Notes under the pieces: generated by a model | Told to the model about the DNA's origin: nothing | The model's input: only the letters and a program-made list of their open reading frames with translations | Database searches by the model: none | Translations under genes and position numbers: made by a program | Part shown: positions 52,878-64,000 of the stretch, piece by piece | Numbering within the stretch: the stretch's first letter is position 1 | How the letters are laid out: every line of letters starts with the position of its first letter | NCBI RefSeq assembly: GCF_000181795.1 | Contig: NW_003526944.1 | Location: 5,106,471-5,170,470, forward strand | Direction: 5' to 3' | Length of the DNA stretch: 64,000 nt | From: Trichinella spiralis | Taxonomy: Eukaryota

Positions 52878-53465
52878 AAATGCCGTTTTTATTTCTGTGT
52901 AGAAATTTATTACTTCATTACTAAACTGATACCATAGATAAGAAAAATAAAAAGAAATTGAAATTTGTTTATCAGACAAGATTATTTATGTAAATAAATC
53001 AGTGTTGAGAATAAAATATCGAATCTTTCATCAGTGAAAAAGTTCCTGTGGGGTTATTGGAATTCGGATTTGATCGACCATCGCTGAGCGTAGCCGGCTG
53101 TCTGAAATGAACCATTGCCTGCCACCAGCGGCAGTGCACTGCGCCGCGGCATAATGAAAAGCTTGAAAACGATGTAATTAAGCTAGTGGAGAAAAAGTAT
53201 CGATTTTATGCGGTGCAAAGTTGAAATTTCTCTCATGCTCATAACCGAAACGACGAAGTGTTGTTGTATTTAAGCATATGGATATATGGAATGGCTGGAT
53301 ATTTAGAAAACATTCGATCTTCGCTTAGATCAGTCAGCATGTTGGCGCCTTTTTCAAGAAACGATCAATATGGACAGGCGACCAAAAATGTTGTCATTAT
53401 TATAACCGAATCGTGCTGACAAGCGCTTGCTGACCGTTATGCTCTGCTCGAACATTTTCTTCAAC

Positions 53466-55390
53466 ATGCGATTATTGTCTTGCATCAACTTATTCACATA
53501 TTTCTTCTTTTTATTCATTGCTGCTGTTCAAGGTAAAAAAATAAGAAAAAAATCAATTATTTGAAAATATTAATTTTGTTTATAATTTCCATTGTTCCGA
53601 TGTATATTTATTTATGTGAAGAAACAGTACTTATATATTCAGTGATAATAATAATTGCAAAATTTGTTGTAATTAATAAAAAAAAACAGTGCATACATAA
53701 GATTGACTGAAAAAACTTAAATATAGAAATGTAAAGCTTATCGAGTGAGAAGTTGATAGCACTGAAGCGTTTTGAAATCTCTCAACAGCAACACTCGAGA
53801 AAGTGATCATTTTTGATTGCAAAGTTCATTAGTGAATACACTTTAGATCAATTAAACGTTTGACTAATTAATTTTCCTTTAACCAATTCATCGTATTTAT
53901 ACAAGGAATAAAAATTAGCTGATCCACAGAATCAAATTGTACTTAATTTACAGCATTGACCTTGATAATCATAAAATTCGCTTGTATACCATCTGTTCCT
54001 GAAATTCAACTACCAATTCTTTATATAATTGATCGAAAAGCGTTGAACACAATGGAAACATTATTCAAACAAATGATTAGCACATTTATTTTTACTTTTC
54101 AATCAACAATATGCAATTTCTTTTATTTAAATTTTCAATCGATCGTTTATAAATTAGTGAATTGTTGTTGTTGTTGTTGTTGCTATTTGAAAAGATAGAT
54201 ATTTTCACCTTTCCTCTTTCGATAATGATTTTTTTCTTTCAAAATTTTGATAATATTATTTTTCATTGAAAAAAACACTGGATAAGATGAAAAGCATTTG
54301 TTGATGATTAATTGAATCAATTTCCCAGTGGCGTATAGGCTGAGTTTTATGCTCTAGAGAAATGCCGTTTAAAGAAATATTTTGAAAGATAAAAAAGAGT
54401 GTTGAAATGGATAGAATTCGATTTGAATGTAATTTTGAAAATGATACAACTGCAGGATTCGGTATTGCCGAAAGGCTTGTGAACATCACCGTCGAAAGAT
54501 GCCCGGATGCTGCAGGTTCAGAGAATCGTCCAAGACCATGCATCACCGCTTTTACGAGACCATCGGTGAGGCCGGATTCGATTGCGGAATTCAGCTGGGT
54601 GCGACACAGCCTGGAACCGTCTTCAATTTGTACTGTACAATTTGCCGGCCAGCAAGGAATCTACAAACTCAGCCCCGACGTGGGTCCACATCCTCAGTGT
54701 TCTTCGGTTCTTTCCACATTCAGACACCGGCTGGCGTCGGTGATGGGCCAGACCAACGTGCCGGCAATCCGCTTCCAACCTTTCCACCAAAACCAATGCC
54801 CAATAAGAGAACTACCGTTGGATTATAATCAATATTTAGCTTGCACAAGCGTCCAAACTGACCAGTGGTATTTGTTCCGTTTCGCTACCGAAGCCACGCC
54901 ACCAAGTGAACAGTGGTTCTTGGAATTTGTGACGCTGAATCCTCGACTGAGCGTCACCGCCAACAACAGTGTCAACTTTCTGACCACATACCGTTCGAAC
55001 CAATGCCAATTGGACGTACTGTTACCGCTCAGGCAGGCGGATTTACCATTTTCACTGGATATAACGTTGAAAATTACACTGTTCACAAATGAGAATAAAT
55101 CTGAAACGGTAGCAATTCAAAACAAACAACTCAACGCCGACCAACCTTGGATATTCGACAGTCTGAATTTGAATGAAACTGTTCATACTGTACGTGTGTG
55201 TTACAATTATTTCGCGGTGGTTGACAATTTCAGTTATAATAGAACAGTTGTGCCGATGAATTTCTATTTCAGCGACTGTATTAACAAATCACTTCCACTT
55301 TGCATTCGATCCAATTCTAGCACAGTTTTGCTCAGCATTATACTTTTCTTGTTCAGCACATTCGTCAATATTTCCATCGTCAACATGTGA
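53466..55390 (+). CDS. Uncharacterised secreted, probably GPI-anchored or C-terminally anchored glycoprotein
   Basis: Signal-peptide exon 53466-53532 (MRLLSCINLFTYFFFLFIAAVQ), candidate 20-nt exon 53919-53938 (ADPQNQI) and large exon ~54389-55390. The large exon has many Cys and N-x-S/T sites and a terminal hydrophobic stretch. Confidence 0.7.
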
Positions 55391-55485
55391 ATTATTTATA
55401 AACGTTACGGCAAATTTACTGTCGACTATTATTATATAAATAGATAAAAATTTATTGTCGTTTATTTTTCCTTTTCTTATTTTTA

Positions 55486-56798
55486 CTATTTCCCATTGAT
55501 GCTGATCAATTTATTTCGTGGCATGTTGGAAAAGATGAAAAATCCTGCCGATCGTTCTACACTTTCCAACGGTGCGTAAAATTTGTTCAACGGTATACTG
55601 TCATCTATGCTTTGATTCGGCATTACATAACATTCAATAAAATATCTACTTTCCGGATTCTCGACCAGAATCACTTTAAAAAAATGAGTCGGAACAGCTA
55701 CATGCTGTTTACCGATCACTTCGTAAGTGACTCTCATTTTACCGTCTAAATCTCGTCTAAATGTAATTTTTGCTACATTCATTCAATAATAATAATAATA
55801 ATAATAATAATGAAACTGCAAATGACGCTCACTTTGGAAGATAAAGTGGACCTGTACAAATGTATACGTTTTTGTTTTTTCTTGCCATACGTCGAACATG
55901 CTTTTCCAATTCATTCCACTTGTCACGATTGAAACCTTTGCCGACCTTTATGAAAATTTTACTTTATTAAATTTGAAAAAGAAAAAGTATAAATTTCCCA
56001 CCTGTGGTGCCATATTGCTAAGCAAAAATGTTTGATCTATAGCATTTTGCGTCCGACGGTGATTGCCTGCCGCAGCCATATGACCCCTGTCATAACCGCT
56101 TCTCTAGAACAGAAAAGCAAAAATATTATACAATGCATGTTTTATATAAATTGAAATTCATTTAACAGAATTTAAACTGCCTTGTAATCTTCATTTGTTG
56201 ATCGAAAATATGAATGAATTGACTCATCTTCACGAAACATGCATTTACTTCGATCAACTGAAGGATCGTACGTCATCCGATCAGGAGTCAGGTGCTCCAA
56301 AACCCAATGAACGGTACTAAATAACACAAAATAATATTGTTTAAATTAAATAATTACACAACTTTTAAAAAATACTTTTCAAAATTACCGTGTCTTTCGA
56401 TCATAGGAGACGACAAAATCTTCAAAAGTACGCAAATTGTCAAAACCTGGAAATCCAAAACGCATTATTTCCGACACTCGTGAAGGAATGTCCACTTTTT
56501 CCGCCACTGAATCAGGCTTTGCGGGCGCTTGAACTAGCGGTACAACATCTGGCAAGCGAGTATCAATCTGTAAACAAAATTTCATTTTAAAATAAAATTT
56601 ACAAAAAATTTTAATATAATATAACCAGTAAAAAACAAATCCACTGACCGCAGAGGCAGCACTGGCAACTAGATATGGAAAAACCGTTGTATTTTTGTTT
56701 TCTTGCTTATTTCCAAGCCAAAAACCAAAACAGCCTGCAATCGTTGCACAACTAGCTCCGCTGGCAATACATGCTCGATTTAACGAAAAAAAATTCAT
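55486..56798 (-). CDS. ENDOG: Mitochondrial endonuclease G (cps-6 ortholog), 6 exons
   Basis: Motifs IMRFGFPG, FVVSYDRKTR, SGYDRGHMAAAGNH, FLLSNMAPQVGKGFNRDKWN, VAVPTHFFKVIL, VERSAG. Confidence 0.96.
55785..55811. repeat. (AAT)9 microsatellite in an ENDOG intron
   Basis: Directly visible. Confidence 0.9.
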
Positions 56799-57176
56799 AA
56801 TAATGATTACTTCTTCCCTTCAACTACTTTTTCTATAGTATTATTATATTTCAAACAGTACTGTACGCTATACTGTATAAAACAATTTTCAGGTTTAAAT
56901 TTATAATGACTGTGAAAAGCAAAAATTAGATTTAAATTGCAATTAAATACAATTTTAAAAAGTTATTTCATTCTGAAAAAAGCATTGCTTTATGAAAGTT
57001 TGATTAATATAAAAAAATAGAAATTTAAAAATGAACAACTCAATTAAAGCGAAAAGTATGTTTAGAAGGAATGGCTAATTTTTTTATTATTATACATGTG
57101 CCAAAGCAATTAAGCATTGATAAAGTGAAGTTGATTCTTGCTCTATGAATAGAATTTCATAGAGAAAGTTCAAGAA

Positions 57177-57248
57177 GGGTTAGTGGTCTAGTGGTATGAT
57201 TCTCGCTTCGGGTGCGAGAGGTCCGGGGTTCGATTCCCCGCTAACCCC
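57177..57248 (+). tRNA. tRNA-Pro (anticodon CGG)
   Basis: Acceptor stem GGGTTAG/CTAACCC; D region TGGTCTAGTGGTATGA; anticodon arm CTCGC-TTCGGGT-GCGAG; T arm CGGGG-TTCGATT-CCCCG. Confidence 0.96.
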
Positions 57249-57255
57249 CATTTCG

Positions 57256-57260
57256 TTTTT
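57256..57260 (+). terminator. RNA polymerase III T-run terminator for tRNA-Pro
   Basis: TTTTT 7 nt downstream of the tRNA 3' end. Confidence 0.7.
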
Positions 57261-57429
57261 CTTCACTTTTCTTGCATAAAACTAATTTATATTTAAAAAA
57301 TACATTGCGGTCATTATTTTGTACTAATTTGAATGAATGAAATGGTAAAATGAAAAAATAATTTTAATAAAAATTTCATTTGAGCAATAACGAACCAATT
57401 GATATAAATGAAATATTTTATGCTTTTTT

Positions 57430-60400
57430 TCAAAGAATACGCTCATAAAACAACATGTATGCTTCAGCTTTGAGCACAGCAGACTCAGGCACTTTTGACG
57501 TAATATTATCATTCAACATGTACCAGGTTGGAGCACGTGACAGTCGTCTGCCATCGCTAACAGATCGCTTATGATTCGCAGATCCACTGGGTGTTTTACG
57601 CCGCCTCTGCTTTGTTTGCCAGCCAACATCATCAGGATCAAATATGATCGTTTCCACTTGTGACACTTTTTCTAAAAATCGTTTCCAACTGGCATCATCA
57701 CGATCCTCAACCTTCACGTAGGCAATGTAGTGACCACCGTACATCGAACCGCTGTGACAAATCACACCATAAAGTGAATACAGTACACGGCTATCAAAAA
57801 TACGCTAAACACAGGAAAAAGTATAACGTGAATGAAACGTATTAAATAAATAAATAAATATATATATATATATATATTCATAATTTACTCGTCCTTTTCG
57901 ACAACAAAATCTCGACATGTCCAATTCTGTCGAGAAAACAACGTGGCCATAAATTTTTCGATTCGTCTTTCCATTGTTTTCGAATCTTTTCAAATGCAAA
58001 GTCAGCACAGCTGGTGGACTGAAAATCAATGATGACTTTTTCGCATCCGAAAGCTTGGTCTCGTCTTTGTCACCGGATATTTCTGCGCAATTGTCGCACG
58101 CAAATTTACTACTGCCTGAAAATTAGCATTAATAGCAACTATTATGAAAAATATCACCAATAAACAATGTTCATGATCCCACCTGTAAGCAATTCTTCAA
58201 TCATGAAATTGTTCAAACATGCGTCGACAGATTTCAAAGAACTCGTCATAACTGGATGTTTTGGTCCAGGTTGGAGCTTTTCCATCAATTCATCATAATC
58301 GTCCGATTCGAATTGCGATGAATCACCACCATCATCGGATTCCAAATAAAAAGATCCAGAATCATCGTCGTTACAGTTCTCCTTATCTTCAACAGTCAAA
58401 TCGTTCATATCTTCGCATAAACTGCTCACGTCACCGTTCACATTATTCACCGTATTCACTACGATCAAATTATACATATACATATTATATTGTTTGTCCA
58501 AATGTCATTTTCAATTATTTACTTTGGTCATTTTTAACTGAATCTTTTAAAAACTGCTGCTCGCCAGTACCTGATGATACGCGCTGTCGGCGAATCTTTC
58601 CTCGCTTAAGAAAAAAACCACATACTAGGTAATAGGATATTTTAAAATTAAACAATAAATCAATTGGAAATTTTTTCCATCAATAAAATTTCTGTGGATT
58701 ACAAACAATTAAACAACACCTTTTCTTTTTTCTTTTGTCTTTTAAGTTTTTTCATTCGATGCTTGCTCATAGGAACAGCTTTAGTTGTCTAATAAAAAAA
58801 CAAAAGAAGAAGTTTCATATGCTAATACATTTTACAATTAAAATAGAACATACGTTGCATGCTTGAAAATCATTATCATCACAGTCGTCATTTTGCAAAG
58901 CCAATGACAAGTCAAGAAATGGGTCCAATTTATAAGAACGATGATTACAAGTCAAACACCGAATAGATTGCAACAGTTGGCCACCGAAAACTTGATCCAC
59001 TGCTGTCGTTTTGCAACAAAGCATATAAGCTGAAATAAAAACTCATTTAAATGCTGCTTGTTGTTGTTGTATATTCCTGAACATGTAAACCTTTTAATTT
59101 CTCTTTCCCTTCTTCGTCTTCTGTCAATTCGCAGCATTGCTTAATACCATCTTTCATGCAAACTAACTCTTCATCCCGAAGTTCATCCAAAAAGTAACGC
59201 AACAACTCGTGACTATCATGCTGCTGATTGCCCCGAAACTGAATAGCTCTACAATAAATAAATAAATAAATAATACATGTAAAACAATATTAACATTAAC
59301 AAGAAAAATATATAATTATCCCACTTGTTAGTTAAGACATGCAAAATGTTCGATGGATCGAGCACATGATTTCTTGTCAACGTTGAGGCATTTTTCAATT
59401 CCAGAAATGCTTTACATAATGTGCGGCTTTTCCAATCCATAAACACTTGGACAGGATGAAAAGGCTGCATCTGAATAAATACAATGCTTGTTTAACAAAC
59501 AATGTTATTCAATTCGTTGAAACAAGAAAAATATGTCCTCACATCATCCCACTTAAAGTAAAAACTGAGGTACTGCCAAACTGATTCAGGATCAAGCAGT
59601 TGACTATTCTCGTCACTCATACATTTAGCCAACAGAAGGCAAAACGATTTCGTACGCATGAGCACTTGTAAAACGGCATTAAAATAACAAGTATTTCCAA
59701 AATTTATTAACCCCTAAAAATATACCTCAATACTAAAACTGCAATTTCATAATTAATGCATACTAACCGATACTGGTAACGAAATGCCACTGTTTTTAGC
59801 CATTTTCCTCTTGCTGAAAGTAATGTTGTAATTTCTTTCTTCTACAGCAAAATGTTTTTCCAAATGAGGAGAACTATTTTCTGATGAACATTCTGCTTTT
59901 TTACACTTTTCGACAAGGCTACGAACTTCAATCAACTGACTACTTTGTCCAGTATCTACAAATTTTCCACAGCGAAAGCATCTAAAATTACATCTGTAAA
60001 TGTAATAAACGATACATGTATCATAAACCATTTACAAAATTTCCAGCGTAGTCAAAGACAACGTTAGACAATGGGATTCTGCTTTCTGAAAATGTCTGAG
60101 AGCGTGATGAAAAGAACGATCAGTGCAAAACTGAAAATAAACAACAGAACATGAATTATACACTATATGAAAAAAATAATGCACAAACAATTTCAAATCT
60201 TACTTGGTATCCACAACCCAAACAAAGTAAAAATTCAGATTGGATGTTTTCGGTTGTCCCTGCTCGGCGACACTGTTCCTGCGCGCAAATCTAAAATCAA
60301 AATTATAAATTAAATTAAATAATAAAACATAAATAAAAAGTTTATTCATCACATTAAAATCAACAAACATTAGAATAACTCCATTCTTCACAATTTAAAT

Positions 60401-61828
60401 TATAAATAAATCTTCAAACATTTGAAAATCTGAAACTCTATTTTTAGAAATGACAAAAAGAACCGCACTATTTATATAATTATAAAACCTTTTCGCCTCA
60501 AAACATTATTTAAAAAAAATAAAAACACGCAAAATAAAATAAGAACCCAAAATTTTTTTCAAAAATTCGTTAAAAAAATTACACGAAAGCTTTAATAAAC
60601 TTTTCTATCATTATTGGCTACAGTATACCATTTACAATACCACCATTAATTTAAGCGCTTACATAACCAAATGATTACTTTTCAGAAATAAATATGAAAC
60701 CAAGTAAAATACAAAGCATGATGCATTACGTGCGTTTATGAAAAGCTAATCAAATTCCTTCTCCTATTGATAAAAGGCCAAACCATGAGTGTCAAAAAAG
60801 CCTACTTGACAAAATAACAATTAACTGTTACAAAAAAAAAGTTATAATTAACAGCAACAATTATTTATTAACTAAAATGCGTAACTGATTAACACTGAAT
60901 GCATTGCGTAAAGATTATAAAAATCGTCAAGAAAGATCACAAAGCAACAATACAACCAAAAAGTTAATGTTCTTTTCAAATTGATTAATAAATTTCATGG
61001 AAACATATTTATAAGAATTTTTACGCTAACCTAATTTAATTTAAGTAATTTCAAAATTGCATTTAATCACAATAAAAATGGAAAATATTCAATACATAAG
61101 TAAAATGAAGTGCTGCTTAAGCAAAATACGTCGACTGCTTTGGATTCATGGATAACTGTTTACAGTACATGAAAAGCTCATCACATCATAAGACAAAACA
61201 CGACAAATTCTTTCCACTCGTCTTAACATATAATTTAAAGCTTGTATTAAAAACATTTCAAAAAATAATTTTCAAAATTCAAAATGACTCAAGATCATGC
61301 ATTTCATGATAATATCATCTGACAGTTATAATTTTATAATAACGGCAAAAGTATAAATGAACATACATGATATACGTCAATAAACATATACACATGGAAA
61401 AACACAAACAACAAATGATTAAAAGATAAATGTTTTGAAACAAATTCATTGTACATTTTTTCAGTAAAACTACTTGCACATTAACGTATAAAATCAACTG
61501 ATAATACAATTATAATGAAATGCATTCAAATTGTAACCCACGTTACGAAGCTGAATAACTAATCATTCTAAATCAAAATCATTGATCAGCTTTATAATAC
61601 AAATGTGCACAGTAAAAATTTCACACTTTGGCTTACATGACATTGAAACAAATGAGATGACTGCAGGTGCTTTTGGATAGGCAAAAGGTTCAAACTTGAA
61701 TAGATGTGGGGACAGAGTATAACGTCCCGTTCGGCAGCTAATTTCCCCTCATTTTCACTAAAACCGTTCTTCGAACCAGCAAAATACTTATTGTAAACTT
61801 CTTCATATTTTTTTGATATTTTCTCCAT
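57430..61828 (-). CDS. Ubiquitin carboxyl-terminal hydrolase, USP16/USP45 family (ZnF-UBP + USP catalytic domain), ~12-13 exons
   Basis: ZnF-UBP CPHI...QCH|ICAQ...LCLGCGYQ|FC...HALRHF...H. Cys box GLINFGNTCYFNAVLQ; QQHDSHELL; VDQVFGG; LTLHLKRF. His box VICHSGSMYGGHYIAYVK...WYMLND...AYMLFYER. First coding exon ~61637-61828; start uncertain. Confidence 0.92.
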
Positions 61829-62614
61829 GACTGAGCAAGGAAACAACTTCCAACCATTACTACTGTACTGCAGTTGTACTTCATTTTCAAAATATAGAAA
61901 CATTTTATTATTCGAATATTTCACAAATTGCTTCCAATTTTACCTAAAGCAACTAAATTTTATTCATGTTTTATAATAGGCATTTTGTATTCCGAATGCA
62001 TGCATACAAGTTGGATGAAATTTCAACTCAAAAGTAAAGTTTCAAAAACTTGTGGATATGTTAGGATTGGTTTTGTTAGTGCTTAAACCTATCTACTATT
62101 TGTGAGATTGTTTCCACTTTATATTAAAATTACAGCAATTTCCAAAATGGAAATTTTCATACTGAAAATGGGATATTCCTGCATTTGAATATAAGCATGC
62201 AATGAATTTATGTATAAATTATAATAAAATTCAAAAATTCATTCGTCAAAGTTTCATCATGCTGCGAAATCCAAATTTTATCGATTTTCTATTGTGCTCA
62301 AACTATTCTTTTTATGTTTCCTATTCCTCGTTTTTTATTTACTTTTAAACAATGGAATTTTCGACAGTGGGTCATCTCATAAAATCAAGACAGTAATAAT
62401 TTTGTGTTATAGGAATCGATATTACGAAATAAAACCTTTTCGATTACATATCATTACGTCTTGTTATGGTGATGAAATACTTTTGTAATAAGTTGTACCT
62501 GAACATCTATAGTACGAAAATGAAAATCTTGTTTGTAGATTACGTGTTTCTCAAGTAATATTGTAAAATAGCTTTTTATTCATTGCCTGTTTTTATCGTA
62601 CTGAAAACTGAATC

Positions 62615-63163
62615 ATGCATAGCGTATTATCAAGATTAAATGCAGCTTTTGGTTTTACAATCACAGCACTGAGCATTGTGACAGTTCTTTGCTATCTAAC
62701 TGTCGCTTTTCGAGATTATAAAACATCTGTTGTTATATCAGCATCGGAGCCAATGCTAACATTTCTTCCAGGTTATACCTCAGGTTTAGAAGGGGATATG
62801 GATTTGGCATCTTTCAAATTAAATCTTGAAGCAGATTTTAGTTCAATGTTCGATTGGAATACCAAGCAGTTATTTCTTTATTTGGTCGCTGAATATGCAA
62901 CTGAGAAAAATCCTGTTAATGAGGTTGTTATTTGGGATAAAATTTTGCAGCGTGGTGATAATCCAGTTGTCAAGCTGAAAGACGCTCGTTTGAAATATTT
63001 TTTTGTTGATTATGGAAAAGGTTTGGCCGGAAATCAAAATGTATCTTTGTATTTGAAGTGGAACGTTTCACCTAACGCTGGTTTGATGCCTTTCTTTGTT
63101 GGAACAGGAATGTACAGCCTTCGATTGCCCACAAAGTATACTTCTAAAAAAGTTGATTTCTAA
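62615..63163 (+). CDS. SPCS3: Signal peptidase complex subunit 3 (SPC22/23), intronless CDS
   Basis: MHSVLSRLNA...FDWNTKQLFLYLVAEYAT..N.VNEVVIWDKI...KYFF.D.G.GL...WNVSPNAG. Confidence 0.96.
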   Translation: MHSVLSRLNAAFGFTITALSIVTVLCYLTVAFRDYKTSVVISASEPMLTFLPGYTSGLEGDMDLASFKLNLEADFSSMFDWNTKQLFLYLVAEYATEKNPVNEVVIWDKILQRGDNPVVKLKDARLKYFFVDYGKGLAGNQNVSLYLKWNVSPNAGLMPFFVGTGMYSLRLPTKYTSKKVDF

Positions 63164-64000
63164 GCTTGAATGTTTTTTATAGTAATTATAGATATATTGG
63201 TCTTTGATAAGCATATTATTTGAATTAAAGTTATTTTTGTTCTCGTATATTTGAATTTGTGTTATTTCCATGAAAAGCTGGTTAACTTTTTTGGATAGTT
63301 TTCACTGTTTCATTATATTTTCTTTTACTCTTGATTTTCTGATTGTGATGTGATGAATATTTACATGGCATAATGTTCATTTCTTCATTAATTTCATAAA
63401 ATATGTTCTTCTGATATGTTAGTATTTAATAAGCGAATTATATGCTCAACAACCTTTGACTGACTTGTTATGATCTAGTGAGAAAATTGTTTCTTACTGT
63501 GCATGTAAAAAAATGCATGTTATATTTGTTTCGTAAAACATTTTATGTCAAAGATAAGAAAGAATATATGTAATTTCAGTAGTATAAGGCGTCTATTTTT
63601 TCACTATAAGAGTTTCAGACTATAGCAATTCATAAAATACAAAAGCAAACCAGGAACAATTACATCTGAAATAATCATAGGAAAATCATAGAAAGAAGGT
63701 ATACGAATAAAGTTATTTAGCTACCAGATAGCTCTTGCAAAAATTTGTCCTCTCGTTTGTCTTTTTAACATCCTGTAAATAATGTACATTTTCGGTTATT
63801 TAAGTTATGCAATATCATATCCGTTAAAGTGTTCTACCTGGAAATCTTTTTATTTTCACGCATAATTGACTTCTGTTAAATTTTAATTTTTAACTTGCAT
63901 AATGAGAAAGCGTTAATATTGGTTGCTATAAGTTGCTTTATTGATCAAGAATTGATTTTTCTTTTATAATCTGCTATTTTGAATTTATCTCCTTGTGGAT

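Noticed and set aside
60369..60496. Possible 17-nt and 8-nt microexons extending the USP N-terminus (RKEWSYSN)
   Set aside because: The exon at 61637-61828 splices in phase to give CPHI...QCH|ICAQ, which completes the ZnF-UBP ligands without them.
61100..61200. C/D-box snoRNA in USP intron 1 (GTGATGA on the minus strand)
   Set aside because: No suitably placed CTGA D box or terminal stem.
14494..61828. Functional DNA-damage gene cluster (ARMT1, MPG, ABL, SCAI, POLE3, ENDOG, USP45)
   Set aside because: The genes act in different pathways, lie on mixed strands and are interspersed with unrelated genes. A post-hoc grouping is likely coincidental.
1..64000. CRISPR arrays, prokaryotic operons or defence systems
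   Set aside because: The sequence is clearly eukaryotic, and no regularly spaced repeat-spacer array was seen.

Overview
AT-rich, gene-dense eukaryotic DNA with many short (about 50-110 nt) spliceosomal introns. By inference it is a nematode, most likely an early-branching (clade I, Trichinella-like) one, based on AT content, intron sizes, compact same-strand gene runs and a nematode-type insert in the ABL SH3 domain. The first ~9 kb has no convincing gene. It holds a diverged ~270-bp inverted repeat pair, a shuffled set of duplicated modules and a hairpin followed by an (ATAC)n tract. From 9.2 kb onward I could hand-splice or read directly 18 protein-coding genes: RBM34, a tandem rhodanese lacking its catalytic Cys, ARMT1, MPG, VPS11, STIMATE, a C6orf136-like gene, MED30, ABL, SCAI, TMEM229B, RRN3, a two-domain monothiol glutaredoxin, POLE3, an orphan secreted/GPI-like protein, ENDOG, USP16/45 and SPCS3. 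There is also one tRNA-Pro(CGG). I see no clearly new multi-gene system. The best leads are a probable pseudo-sulfurtransferase, several non-GT donor introns (four GC-AG and one apparent GA-AG), an intron filled by a foldback element, an orphan surface protein, a nematode MPG glycosylase, a glutaredoxin with no visible Trx domain and one degenerate domain, operon-like gene runs and possible relic ancient synteny. All gene models are manual and untested against transcripts.
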